Shown here: positions 9,248 through 19,088 of the stretch, in pieces
Numbering within the stretch: position 1 is the stretch's first letter
How the letters are laid out: every line of letters begins with the position of its first letter
Virus record (IMG/VR): IMGVR_UViG_3300020411_003715
Location: 1 to 64,000 of that record
Strand: one strand, 5' to 3'
Source: a virus
DNA length: 64,000 nt
Position numbers and translations under genes: made by a program
Notes under the pieces: model-generated
The model's database searches: none
Told to the model about the DNA's origin: nothing
Seen by the model: the letters and a program-made list of their open reading frames with translations, nothing else

Positions 9248-11239
9248 ATGAAGTTGACAAGAAAAGTGCAGGGCCCTTTATTTGAAAAGGTCGCAGCCAA
9301 ATTTTTACTAGGGGATAACCCAAGCACGTACCCGAGCGAACTTATCGCTCACCTGTACAAGCAGCACCCTTTCCTTGGTCAGTACCAAGTGAATATCTCG
9401 ATCCAGGGTCAGGACAAGAGTATGGGTTATATGTACGGAGTGTTTTTGGTTGCGCAAGCATCTGACGTTCCACCCTCTGATGGGGTGCAGCGAATGGGTG
9501 AAGTCGTCAGCCAGGGGCAGCCCCCGGCGGACCCAAAGCAGAGCATTAGAATCCCAATCATTGTTGAGAACAAGCGCGCATACTCCTACGACGTGTTTAT
9601 CTCGCCTGATGGGAAGTTCTTCCCTCTCAACGAGGCCAGGGTCGCAGCGATGATGTTCCAGTCCAGCCCCTACGCGGAAGCTCCTCCGTTAAAAGGTATG
9701 CAGGGAGGGGGCGGGTCTGCCGCCTCGCAGAACATGGATCCGTCTATGCCCGCGTCTGCACATGGGGGCCAAAACCCAGCAAGCTCCACCATGGGTAAGA
9801 TGGGGTCTGTTCTTGACCTTGTCCATATCGAGGGTGACGCCGTTGACACGTTTTTAAACTCGGTTGCGACAGATTCCACGCTTCTTGACGCTGCCAAGAT
9901 TAATGAGGATTTCTCCTCGTCGCTGTCAAAACTCTCCCATGCTGCAAAAATCAGTGTGCCAGATACCGATGCTGGCCCGAGCCTGGATTCTTTCGACTCT
10001 GCGGTAATCTCTAAAGTGGCAGGCGGGTATCGAGTCATTGGGGCGACACACTCGCCGTTCAATCAGGCGGAATTCTTTATAGGTAACCGCTACTCGGAGA
10101 CCATTCCCGTCGAACTCCGCCAGGGCATTGCTAAGCACGGATCGGTCCTTCTTACCGGGAATGACCATGAACTCTTAGAGGTTGAGCCTAGCTTCGGCCT
10201 CGAAGAGGCTGACGAAACGGGCGTATACTCAGTTATGAGCAAAGAGGGCGGGTCGCAGAAGGCCGTAGTCCTTAAGGATGTCGTCGCTCTCAGCGGCAGA
10301 AAGCTGGACTCCACTATTGTTGTTGGTCCTTCCGGGGCTTCTCTTCAGGAGAAGGTTGCCGGGATTAGGTGTGGCGACGTTAGCCTTGACGCTCTTGTGG
10401 GTTCTGAGCCTTTGGGTGAGGGTGTTTTCTTTCTCAAGGCGGCCTCTGCGGTTACCGAGCCTTTGGAAATAAAGCATACCGTCGAGAGTTCTGATGGCAG
10501 GTCGTACATCTATGAGCATGCCCTTTATGGGAGAGGGACCCTGAAGGTTGCAAAGGTTGTTAAGCCTGTGCAGGTGTCCGGGACGGACTACCTTATCCCG
10601 GAAGACAGCGTCTTTGTCCCCATGCCCCTGTCCGGGGAAAACTACCTGTCTGATACGGTCGCGATCAACAAGATCGCTTCTCGGCATGATGAGATGAAAA
10701 GAGTTCGAATTCTTTCTGACGGATCTGAGTTCACCTTCTCCGGTGGGCCGGTATCAGGGATAGAAAAAGTTGCGAAGCTTTCGTGTGATGACGCGTTACT
10801 TATTGTGGGCTTGTTGGGGGACACTCCGGACGGTGCTCTCGAAAAAGTTGCGGCTGCAGCATCAAGCGGCGAGGTGTCTTTTGTCGCCACTAGAAATTTG
10901 GTCAAAGAATCTGTTATTGACGAGACGGACGAAGAAGTTGTTAAACTAGCTTCTGTTATTAGGTTGAACCTTGTTAAGGAAGCAGCAGCACTTGTAGGCG
11001 CGGACACTGTTGATTCCGTATTATCTCTTAATTTTATTACTCCGGAGAATGTGGCTGGGTATTTAGACGCGATGCCCGTATTTGAAGAGTCCGCCTCAAA
11101 GTTAGCTGAACTCCTTATAGGGGTTAGGCTAGGTCTGTCAGACGTACCGGAGGCTGCTGTAGCCTCCGCTTTGTCTGGAATTGAGCGCGCCGTTCAGGGA
11201 CTTAAAAAGCTACAGATCAGGACAAATGTGGCGATTTAA
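9248..11239 (+). CDS. Virion (probable internal head) protein with many K-x-A motifs
   Basis: 663-aa ORF, AGGAG SD; about 10 KVA/KIA/KLA/KEA motifs; located in the structural block. Confidence 0.7.
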   Translation: MKLTRKVQGPLFEKVAAKFLLGDNPSTYPSELIAHLYKQHPFLGQYQVNISIQGQDKSMGYMYGVFLVAQASDVPPSDGVQRMGEVVSQGQPPADPKQSIRIPIIVENKRAYSYDVFISPDGKFFPLNEARVAAMMFQSSPYAEAPPLKGMQGGGGSAASQNMDPSMPASAHGGQNPASSTMGKMGSVLDLVHIEGDAVDTFLNSVATDSTLLDAAKINEDFSSSLSKLSHAAKISVPDTDAGPSLDSFDSAVISKVAGGYRVIGATHSPFNQAEFFIGNRYSETIPVELRQGIAKHGSVLLTGNDHELLEVEPSFGLEEADETGVYSVMSKEGGSQKAVVLKDVVALSGRKLDSTIVVGPSGASLQEKVAGIRCGDVSLDALVGSEPLGEGVFFLKAASAVTEPLEIKHTVESSDGRSYIYEHALYGRGTLKVAKVVKPVQVSGTDYLIPEDSVFVPMPLSGENYLSDTVAINKIASRHDEMKRVRILSDGSEFTFSGGPVSGIEKVAKLSCDDALLIVGLLGDTPDGALEKVAAAASSGEVSFVATRNLVKESVIDETDEEVVKLASVIRLNLVKEAAALVGADTVDSVLSLNFITPENVAGYLDAMPVFEESASKLAELLIGVRLGLSDVPEAAVASALSGIERAVQGLKKLQIRTNVAI

Positions 11240-11241
11240 GA

Positions 11242-12051
11242 ATGAAACAACCGAACGAATATTGGCTGAAATATATGCTAATGTTCTCGGAAATGTCTTT
11301 GGAGCAGATAGCCGAAACAGCGGTAATGTATGAGATGCTTGAGCCCGAACCGGGGTATCTTGCTGAGCTTAGGGAAAAGCTTCTAGAGACTAGACCGACA
11401 CCATTTCGCATAGACTTCGGACCGACCAAAGCATGGGTTAGACGCCAAAGGATTATGTCCTTGGCCAAAGAAGACAAGCATGCGGTAGAGGCGCGGAACC
11501 TTCTGGGGGATTATAAGGCCAGACCCGTCCTGGAGGGCCTTTTGCTTTCCGGCATGGGCGCTGAAGAAGTTGCGTCCAACTTGAAGGAGATAACCGGAAA
11601 GGACGTTTCTAAGCGTACCATCAAGATGTTTAAGCATTATTTTTGGAACCTTGAACTTCTATCTACAAGCCAGTGGTTATCTTATCTGAAGAAGCACCCT
11701 GAGGGCCGGGTGCTCAAGTCTTGTTACTCGCGGGGGCCGGAGTTTGCCCTGTGGAAGCTTGGGAGTAGCCCGGAATTGGAGCAGAAAGCGGTCATACGCG
11801 GTCTGTTCAACGAATCCTCCATGCGCTTCTTTGAGACGGCCGGAATGCCCAATAGCCGAGAGACTGCACTGACAGCGAAACTTTGGGCAGAAAATATATT
11901 TAAGGCCACAGAGGAGCTGAATAGGACAGGTGACGCTGTGCAGCAGGTCGTGGACGGCCTCCGAGATATTGCTATTAAGTTAGGCAAGCGGGACGTATCC
12001 AGTATCCAGGACTTACCGTCTATAGACGATTTTGGGGATGATGATGTTTAA
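11242..12051 (+). CDS. Hypothetical protein with HTH-like segment (possible small terminase or DNA-binding protein)
   Basis: 269 aa; AEEVASNLKEITGKDVSKRTI resembles a helix-turn-helix. Function is inference. Confidence 0.5.
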   Translation: MKQPNEYWLKYMLMFSEMSLEQIAETAVMYEMLEPEPGYLAELREKLLETRPTPFRIDFGPTKAWVRRQRIMSLAKEDKHAVEARNLLGDYKARPVLEGLLLSGMGAEEVASNLKEITGKDVSKRTIKMFKHYFWNLELLSTSQWLSYLKKHPEGRVLKSCYSRGPEFALWKLGSSPELEQKAVIRGLFNESSMRFFETAGMPNSRETALTAKLWAENIFKATEELNRTGDAVQQVVDGLRDIAIKLGKRDVSSIQDLPSIDDFGDDDV

Positions 12052-12370
12052 CAATAACTTTTCAATCCTCCCGGTTAAATTTGTTGAAGCGAAAACAAAG
12101 ATTCCGGGAGTAAGGTCTGAGTACTACCGAACGGACAATGGTGTTAAATTCCATCTGTGGCCCGACCCAGAGTTTCCCGACCATATTGGGGAGTCGATTA
12201 GGGCTGCTTGGAAAAGTTTCCCTAAAGAGTCTGTAATAGAGGAGTACGTACCAGAGGTTAACAGCTGGTATGCTGAGATAAAGGACGTGGGTATCGGATT
12301 GAGTGAGGTCCTCATAGAATCCCTATTGTCGAAAGTGTCCGCAGAGGTCAGGAAGCGAGAAGATGGCTAA
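12032..12370 (+). CDS. Hypothetical protein
   Basis: 112-aa ORF overlapping both neighbours; true start may be one of the internal Met codons. Confidence 0.7.
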   Translation: MGMMMFNNNFSILPVKFVEAKTKIPGVRSEYYRTDNGVKFHLWPDPEFPDHIGESIRAAWKSFPKESVIEEYVPEVNSWYAEIKDVGIGLSEVLIESLLSKVSAEVRKREDG

Positions 12371-13142
12371 AACTAATAAAAAAGAGCCTGGGTACTTTAA
12401 GTCTCTTGCTGCGGCAGCACCGGTGTTTGGGGCGAAGGCGGTTATTGGCGACCTTCCCAAGGGTGCGATCGAAAAAGCCGTAGACACAAAGGTTTGGAGC
12501 AAATTATCTCCCACCCCAGGGGCTAAATCGCCAACTTGGCGTGAAGCCTTCAAAAGCGGCGTAAAGGGAAGAGGTCTTGGGCGCGCCATTGGGGCAGGTA
12601 CGGGGGTTTTGACCGCGCCTGTGTACATGAAGGGCATCAAACTTCTCGGGTCCAAGAGCAAGAAAGACCGCAAACGCGGGATTGCCATTATCGGGGGCAA
12701 CACCGCCCTGTATCAATTGCAGAAGGGTGTCATAGAAGGAAGCGTCGAAAATATTCAGGCCGGGGCCGGTAGAGCGAGCGCCCTGAAGTCTGCAGTCGGT
12801 CTCGGTCTTGGCAGGTTGTCGTACAAGGTTCCGGCCGCACTAATTATGGCCAAAGGCCTTGCTTCTGGCGAAAAGAAGGGCAAGGGCAATAAGGGCTTGG
12901 CAACCGCGATGGCCGGAGGGGCGCTTGCGGGTGCGGTTAACAGAATGGGTGATGAGGGTTTTAAAGAAATCACCAAGGCGGTAACCGCAAAAGGCAAAGC
13001 TGGGTACAAGTTCAAACCCAAGCATTTTGGTAAACGGCTGGTTAGTGGGGGTATGGGCGGTGTGGCAGGCGGCCTTTTGGGAGGGCTCGTCCTGTCTAAG
13101 GCTATCAGCTACGCCAAAAAATCATTAAAAGGTGATAAGTAA
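12363..13142 (+). CDS. Basic Gly/Ala/Lys-rich virion protein with glycine-zipper-like segments
   Basis: GLGRAIGAGTG and GGMGGVAGGLLGGLVL; strongly basic. Confidence 0.7.
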   Translation: MAKTNKKEPGYFKSLAAAAPVFGAKAVIGDLPKGAIEKAVDTKVWSKLSPTPGAKSPTWREAFKSGVKGRGLGRAIGAGTGVLTAPVYMKGIKLLGSKSKKDRKRGIAIIGGNTALYQLQKGVIEGSVENIQAGAGRASALKSAVGLGLGRLSYKVPAALIMAKGLASGEKKGKGNKGLATAMAGGALAGAVNRMGDEGFKEITKAVTAKGKAGYKFKPKHFGKRLVSGGMGGVAGGLLGGLVLSKAISYAKKSLKGDK

Positions 13143-13188
13143 TGTGCAGTTTTTGGGAAGCTCTCCTCAGAGGTCTGTCTAACAACCC

Positions 13189-14178
13189 ATGGAGAAAAAA
13201 ATGAAAACAAAACTCTCTTTCTATGGTCATTCGCTTTTGGGAACGTCGCGACCGAAAAAAACACTAGGGCAGACCCTTGTTGATCTCGGGGAGCAAACAG
13301 CCGCGAAAATACAACCCCTAAAAACCAATACCAATACCAAGAACCCGTACGCCCAGAAGGGGCTGGCTTCGGGCTCGAAGGGCCTCAAGACCATGGCTTC
13401 CCTATCTGGGGTAAAACATGCTGCCGCTAAAACAAAACTTTCTTATGACGGCAGCAAGTCCGTCTACGATAGCGATGGGAACCTGACTGGGGAGGTCAAG
13501 CTCGATCACGGGGAAGTTATAAGGATCTCCCCACCTCCTCCTAAAAAGTTTAAGAAGCCTGTCGTCACCGCCGCTTCGGCCGCTGCGACAGCGGCAAAGC
13601 AAAACCCGTACGCGGGGAAATCTTTGGCTTCCGGGAGAAAAGGTCTTAGTACTATGACCGCCCTTTCCGGGATAAAGCATGCTTCCGTAGACGTTACAAA
13701 GCCACTGCCGAAGGTCCGCTTCGCTGGCGTCCCAGGCACCAAGCCCAATAGAAACTCAGTGATTGCGTCGGTGAAGGATACGCTATTAAACCCGTATCGC
13801 GGTAAAGCGATGGCTTCGGGCACGAAGGGCCTTAGCACCATGTCTTCCCTATCTGGCGTAAAGCATGCTTCCGCCAATATGAACGCACTGGAAAAATATG
13901 CCGCTAAGCAACTTTTGATTGAAAAACTTAGCGGCGCTAGGCGGCTGCTTCGGCTATCCAAGGCTGTCCGCAAAGGAAAGCAGGGCAAGACGCTGGACGC
14001 GTGGGCACGAGCAGCAGATAAGCAAGATCGGCGTATGAAGTCTTTTGGGAAGAGTAGATACGCGAAAAGGTCTGGCGCGGGTAAAGAGCCAGGAATTGAC
14101 CTTGACGACCTCGCCGGTACAGACGCTAAAGCTATGAATTGGATTAAGCAGATGGCCAAAGGCGGAGGGAAGTCCTAG
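13189..14178 (+). CDS. Basic virion protein with three ~27-aa internal repeats
   Basis: NPY.GK.LASG.KGL.TM.SLSG.KHA repeated three times. Confidence 0.75.
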   Translation: MEKKMKTKLSFYGHSLLGTSRPKKTLGQTLVDLGEQTAAKIQPLKTNTNTKNPYAQKGLASGSKGLKTMASLSGVKHAAAKTKLSYDGSKSVYDSDGNLTGEVKLDHGEVIRISPPPPKKFKKPVVTAASAAATAAKQNPYAGKSLASGRKGLSTMTALSGIKHASVDVTKPLPKVRFAGVPGTKPNRNSVIASVKDTLLNPYRGKAMASGTKGLSTMSSLSGVKHASANMNALEKYAAKQLLIEKLSGARRLLRLSKAVRKGKQGKTLDAWARAADKQDRRMKSFGKSRYAKRSGAGKEPGIDLDDLAGTDAKAMNWIKQMAKGGGKS

Positions 14179-14180
14179 CC

Positions 14181-16007
14181 ATGAGTCTCGGGGATTACAT
14201 ATTAAAGGCTGCTGCGGCTGAAGAAGCCGTCGAAGCCAAGCCTGCGCACGGGACAGGTATCCCCACCATGGCGGAGTGGTTTAAGCCGTACCCGCACCAA
14301 AAGAAAGCGATCGACCGCTTATTCGCAAACAAGGGTAAGATGATCCTTGCCCACGAGATGGGCACAGGGAAGACCGCCGCAGCTATCTACGGCTTTGAGC
14401 GGCTTCGTCATGAGGGTAAGGCCAAAAAGGTCTTGGTTGTGGTTCCCTCCGGGCTTCGCGCTAACTTCGCAGATAACGGGGTTAAGAAGTTCACGACAAG
14501 TAGTGTCGAGGTTATCGGCTCCCAGTCCGAAGTTTCTAAGAAAGAGGGGTACGTCCGACCCGGGAAAGAGACAGGTAAAGATTACACAATCGTGAGCTAC
14601 GCGCAGTTCCGGCGAGATCCTGAAGGGATTATGCAGAGAACTGGCGCGGACTCCCTAATTTTCGACGAGTTTCACAAGACTCGGAACGAGAGGGCCTCAA
14701 CCTTCAAAGCGGCCATTGCCGCCAGAAAGTACGCAGTTAACTTCATGGGGCTCACGGCCTCTATGATCAACAACAACCCTGGTGAGGTTGCCACACTCCT
14801 CACCATCTCCGAGAAGAACCGGGAGATGTCTCCGGCCCAGTTTAAGAAGAAGTTTACTAAGACGATTGGGTTCGCAAAAGGGTTTACGGGAAAGAAGAAA
14901 AAAGTAAAGGGCTATAAGAACGTCGAGGAGCTAAAGAGGCGAACGCAACCAAAGATTGACTACGTAGAGACCTCAGACCTGAAGGGCAAGACCATGCCCA
15001 AAAAGCAGGTATCCAATGTGGACGTTGAGATGTCTCCCCAGCAGTACCAGATGTACGAGCTTGCCCTGAACCGTCTAGGTCCCCTCAAAGAGCGTATCAT
15101 TCGTAGAGACCCGAATATCTCCGTTAAAGATGCGGAGTTCTTGTTCGCGCAGATATCCGCAGCAAGGCAGGTTGCCAACTCCATGCACACGGCGCGGAAG
15201 GACATCACACCAGAGCAGTCTGCGGAAGTCACCCCCAAGGTGAAAAGGGTTCTAGACGACACAGACTCTCACCTGAAAGCTAAGCAGGACAATAAGGTCG
15301 TTCTGTATTCTAACCTTGTTCGGGGAGGGGTAGACGTTTTGTCTGCGGGCCTCAAGTCTCGCGGAATTGATCACGCTGTCTTTGTCGGTAAAGGTACGGA
15401 GGTCGGAGGCAGCAAGGTTACTGCACTAAGTAGGCAGCAAGGGGTCCAAGACTACAAAGATGGGAAAAAGCGCGTGATCGTACTTAGTGGTGCGGGCGCT
15501 GAGGGCCTTGACCTAAAGAACTCTACCGCATTCTATGCTCTGGACGGACATTTCAACCCCCAAAGGATTTTGCAGGCTGAGGCCCGCGCCCGACGACTGG
15601 GGGGACAAAAACATAGACCCGAGGCCGAGCGCTCAGTCGATGTTAGGCGGTACCGAAGCGTTGTCCCTGAGTCTAAGAGGCCTGGGATCATTGGCCGTGC
15701 CTTAGGGAAGACAACGCCGCAGACAACAGATCAGTGGATGTACGGTGTTGCGGGCCGTAAGTTTGAAGAGCAGAAGCGTTTCTATAAGCATTTCAAAGCC
15801 CCCCCAAAGCACCTTTACAAATACAGAACCGCTAGCGGGGAGATAAGATATGTCTATCCTAAAAAGAGGCGAACAGAGCCAAAGAAACCAGGACTATTCT
15901 CCAGGCTATTCGGGGGGAAGAAGTCTGCTGTACCATCTCCAGAGCAAGCTGGCCGAGTCGCGGCCACCAGGATTGCGACTAGCCCAGTCAACCAAAACGT
16001 GTCTTAA
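14181..16007 (+). CDS. SNF2-family (SF2) helicase/ATPase
   Basis: Motif I LAHEMGTGKT, motif II FDEFH, motif III GLTAS, motif V GAEGLDL, motif VI QAEARARR. Confidence 0.9.
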   Translation: MSLGDYILKAAAAEEAVEAKPAHGTGIPTMAEWFKPYPHQKKAIDRLFANKGKMILAHEMGTGKTAAAIYGFERLRHEGKAKKVLVVVPSGLRANFADNGVKKFTTSSVEVIGSQSEVSKKEGYVRPGKETGKDYTIVSYAQFRRDPEGIMQRTGADSLIFDEFHKTRNERASTFKAAIAARKYAVNFMGLTASMINNNPGEVATLLTISEKNREMSPAQFKKKFTKTIGFAKGFTGKKKKVKGYKNVEELKRRTQPKIDYVETSDLKGKTMPKKQVSNVDVEMSPQQYQMYELALNRLGPLKERIIRRDPNISVKDAEFLFAQISAARQVANSMHTARKDITPEQSAEVTPKVKRVLDDTDSHLKAKQDNKVVLYSNLVRGGVDVLSAGLKSRGIDHAVFVGKGTEVGGSKVTALSRQQGVQDYKDGKKRVIVLSGAGAEGLDLKNSTAFYALDGHFNPQRILQAEARARRLGGQKHRPEAERSVDVRRYRSVVPESKRPGIIGRALGKTTPQTTDQWMYGVAGRKFEEQKRFYKHFKAPPKHLYKYRTASGEIRYVYPKKRRTEPKKPGLFSRLFGGKKSAVPSPEQAGRVAATRIATSPVNQNVS

Positions 16008-16131
16008 TTGTCCGCAGTACATGTATGTTGCGGGGCGGGCACACCTTGGTGACGGGGAGTGCACGCTCTATAGAACCCACGTTAAGGATACGTTTGTCTG
16101 TGACAGCTGGTCAGACATTAACGACTCTTGA
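15850..16131 (+). CDS. Small Cys-cluster protein overlapping the SNF2 3' end in the +1 frame
   Basis: GGGGAG SD 7 nt before ATG 15850; CLNC...C...CDSW pattern; contains SKLAE. Confidence 0.55.
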   Translation: MSILKRGEQSQRNQDYSPGYSGGRSLLYHLQSKLAESRPPGLRLAQSTKTCLNCPQYMYVAGRAHLGDGECTLYRTHVKDTFVCDSWSDINDS

Positions 16132-16351
16132 TAACTATGGTCACGGTCCCGGCCCTCTTATTAATGGAGATTTTGGCCTTAGGAAGGAAGTCTTTGACTA
16201 TTTGCACAAGTAGTCGTTTATTATCTTGTGATATTGGTGGCCACATTTTTAGAACGTAGGTGTTGTCTTCTGTTGTTTCGTACTCCACAAGATCGTTACC
16301 CACTGCCCTCGATATTGAACCAATTGCTTTCGATATGGTGTCTTTGAGCAT
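16118..16351 (-). CDS. Small antisense hypothetical protein (77 aa, MLKDTISKAIG...)
   Basis: C-terminal part of ORF 16118..16504; AGGT SD-like element 5 nt before the ATG; alternating helix/strand-like sequence; fills the gap before the terminase. Confidence 0.45.
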   Translation of the reverse strand: MLKDTISKAIGSISRAVGNDLVEYETTEDNTYVLKMWPPISQDNKRLLVQIVKDFLPKAKISINKRAGTVTIVIKSR

Positions 16352-17990
16352 GATAAACCTAAACGAGCGAATTAGAGATAAAGTGCACTCCCCTGAGGAG
16401 GCAAAGCTTTTTCCGAGTGAGTTCGTTTCCTCGTTTTTTAATATTCCTAATAGCGGTGATTTAAGCAACTTCTCTTTTAAGGGCCGCAGGTATCTTGTGC
16501 CCATTTACGACACGCCCGCACAGAGACTCCTTTTGCAGTGCGGCCGGCAGGTTGAGAAGAGCACAACGCTTGGGAACATCATGCTTACCTACGCAACACT
16601 GAGAAGACACTTCAGGTCCCTCTTTGTTAGTCCCACGCAGCAGCAAACAGAGACTTTCTCTAGAGACCGTATCGCGACACCTATAACGCTTTCGGACACG
16701 CTGAAGGCCTTTACTCGCGGAGAAGGGGTCAAGGATAACGTGCTGTACAAAAAGTTTGTCACTGGGTCAGACATAACTTTGAGGTACGCGTTTCTTCATG
16801 CAGACCGAGTCCGTGGTATCTCCGCAGACATGCTTCTTCTTGACGAGATCCAGGACATCCTGACGGAGACCATCCCTGTTATTGAGGAGGCTTTGTCGCA
16901 CTCCCCTTTTAAGATTCTTCGATACTCAGGGACCCCAAAGAGCCTTGATAATACGATCAGCTACTACTGGAACCAGTACTCAACCCAGAACGAATGGGTC
17001 ATTCCTTGTGAAGGGTGCAATAAGTGGAATGTTATAAGCGAGAAAAACATCGGGCCTAAAGGTCTTATCTGCGATAAATGCGGAAGGCCTATACACGCAG
17101 ACCACCCAAAGGCGCAGTGGGCATCTATGCGGTCGCCCCAATGGCTTAGAAACCCGCCCGTAAACACCCCGTTTGAGGGCTATAGAATACCCCAGCTTAT
17201 CGCTCCTTGGACTGATTGGGGTGACATCCTAGACAAACAAAAACGTTATAATCGTGCACAGTTTTTTAATGAGGTCTTGGGGCTTGGGTACGATTCCGGA
17301 GAGAAGCCAATCAGCAGAGAGGCTCTGATAGATACCTGTATTGATGGGGTCAAAAACACCGTCGAAGACGCGCTAGCCAGGACAAAGAAGAGAAACGTGG
17401 ATGCGTACATGGGTATTGACTGGGGTACCGGGGAGAACGCTTACACCGTTTTGACTATAGGGGCCTATCTTGGCGGCCGGTTCACTTATTTGTACTTTCG
17501 GAGGTTCGAGGGAATTGAGGCCGAGCCTGAGAGGACTATGCAGGAAGTCCGACGCTTGGTAGACCTATTTGGAATCAAAATAATTGGTGTAGACTATGGC
17601 GGAGGCTTTGACCGCAACGATAATCTTATTCGAACCTACGGAATAACACGTGTATCCAGATATCAGTATGTAAATACCCGCAGGATCTACTTCGACAAAA
17701 GCCTTGCACGGTTTATGGTAAATAGGACGGAGGCCTTGATGGCTGTCATAAATGCTATTAATCGAAAGGATACGTTCTCGTTTCCTAACTGGACTAGTTT
17801 CGAAACGCCGTATGGAAGTGACTTGTTGTCCGTATTTACAGAGTACAACGAAGCGAGAAGAACGACTATTATTAGTAAGACCCCGGGGACAACAGATGAT
17901 AGTCTACATGCAATGACTTACTGCTTTTTAGCATCTATGATAAAACATCCAAGGCCTGATATTATTGCGCCAAGGGGCGATAAAGATTAG
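16350..17990 (+). CDS. terL: Terminase large subunit (GpA-like)
   Basis: Walker A GRQVEKST, Walker B LLLDEIQD, coupling motif YSGTP, CEGC/CDKC Zn ribbon, nuclease motifs MGIDWG and DDSLHA. The start is uncertain (16260, 16350 or slightly later). Confidence 0.9.
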   Translation: MINLNERIRDKVHSPEEAKLFPSEFVSSFFNIPNSGDLSNFSFKGRRYLVPIYDTPAQRLLLQCGRQVEKSTTLGNIMLTYATLRRHFRSLFVSPTQQQTETFSRDRIATPITLSDTLKAFTRGEGVKDNVLYKKFVTGSDITLRYAFLHADRVRGISADMLLLDEIQDILTETIPVIEEALSHSPFKILRYSGTPKSLDNTISYYWNQYSTQNEWVIPCEGCNKWNVISEKNIGPKGLICDKCGRPIHADHPKAQWASMRSPQWLRNPPVNTPFEGYRIPQLIAPWTDWGDILDKQKRYNRAQFFNEVLGLGYDSGEKPISREALIDTCIDGVKNTVEDALARTKKRNVDAYMGIDWGTGENAYTVLTIGAYLGGRFTYLYFRRFEGIEAEPERTMQEVRRLVDLFGIKIIGVDYGGGFDRNDNLIRTYGITRVSRYQYVNTRRIYFDKSLARFMVNRTEALMAVINAINRKDTFSFPNWTSFETPYGSDLLSVFTEYNEARRTTIISKTPGTTDDSLHAMTYCFLASMIKHPRPDIIAPRGDKD

Positions 17991-17999
17991 AGGTTCAAT

Positions 18000-19088
18000 A
18001 TGATGACAGATCTCGAACAATACTTAACTTCTAAGGATGACACTGGCGTCAGCCCTCAAGAATTAAGATCTTTGGGCTCACGCGCAGCCACTCAATATGT
18101 CCAGGATAAAAAGCCTCTCAACGAAAGCATTTCGGAGATGGCGAAGTCTGCAGGGCTAAAAATTGAGCAGGTTCGAAGGGTTGCGGAGTACGCAAACAAC
18201 GAAACGTTTAACCGGCTGTTTAGGGCTGGGTACGATAAAAACATCACGTTCCCTATGGCAGACGCATCAGCCATCCTCCAGGCTTCTTCGGAAACTGGTG
18301 GTATGCAGAAATCAGCCTCCGCAAAGCCGTATCTTCCTAGCGGAGGCTACGTCGCAGGCCAAGAGTTTGTTTCCATTGAGGACGCGTTTGGCCCCACGGA
18401 GGAGTTGGAAAAGGTCGCAGGTATTTCCGACAGCGAGAGGCACACTAAAGGGCTTGAATTTGTCAGCCTCCATAGACATCGCGCCAACCTTGAGGCCGAC
18501 CTCGAAGGGGACGCAGACACATTTATGATTAGACTGGCCGCCCTGAGAGACCTTTGCAAGGAGGCAGCCAGCAGCGGATACAACCCAAGCACCGTGGGCG
18601 CAGCCATTGAGTTTGCTAACCCGTCTGATGGCCTTCTTGGTGTAATCAAGGCGGAACTGGGAGATGCCGTAGACTTTGGGCATATGAAGAAGCTTGCCAT
18701 GAATGGTATGGCGGTTATGCCCGGTAACCCAATCACAGGGCTCACTCAGGAGTTAGAGGGAGTCAGTGGGAAGCTTGTAGCCACGCAGCAGGCCATTCAG
18801 CAGGTCCAGATCGCAATGTCTAACCTGTTGAATATTCTAAGAGGTCCTGCTCCAGGCAGCGCTATGGCCAACACCGTCTTCAATCCAGGCGGGATGGGCT
18901 CACAGCCTGCCCCTCCACCCGATGCCGCTGGTGCCGCTCCACAGGCAGCCCCTCAGGGACCGCCCGCACCAGCAGCCCCATCACAAGGAGGCTCCCCTCC
19001 CGCAGGAGCGGAGGGAGCGGCCCCACCACAGCCCAGCGCGCCTTCTGGCGGTCCAGGTCTGGGACAACTATTTGGGGGTAATAAATGA
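18000..19088 (+). CDS. Virion/internal head protein with K-x-A motifs and Pro/Ala-rich tail
   Basis: 362 aa; QKSAS, EKVAG, CKEAA, KKLAM. Confidence 0.7.
   Translation: MMTDLEQYLTSKDDTGVSPQELRSLGSRAATQYVQDKKPLNESISEMAKSAGLKIEQVRRVAEYANNETFNRLFRAGYDKNITFPMADASAILQASSETGGMQKSASAKPYLPSGGYVAGQEFVSIEDAFGPTEELEKVAGISDSERHTKGLEFVSLHRHRANLEADLEGDADTFMIRLAALRDLCKEAASSGYNPSTVGAAIEFANPSDGLLGVIKAELGDAVDFGHMKKLAMNGMAVMPGNPITGLTQELEGVSGKLVATQQAIQQVQIAMSNLLNILRGPAPGSAMANTVFNPGGMGSQPAPPPDAAGAAPQAAPQGPPAPAAPSQGGSPPAGAEGAAPPQPSAPSGGPGLGQLFGGNK

Noticed and set aside
16260-16349. N-terminal extension of the terminase from the GTG at 16260
   Set aside because: No SD, and the segment is better explained by the antisense 77-aa ORF; the terminase-like sequence begins further downstream.
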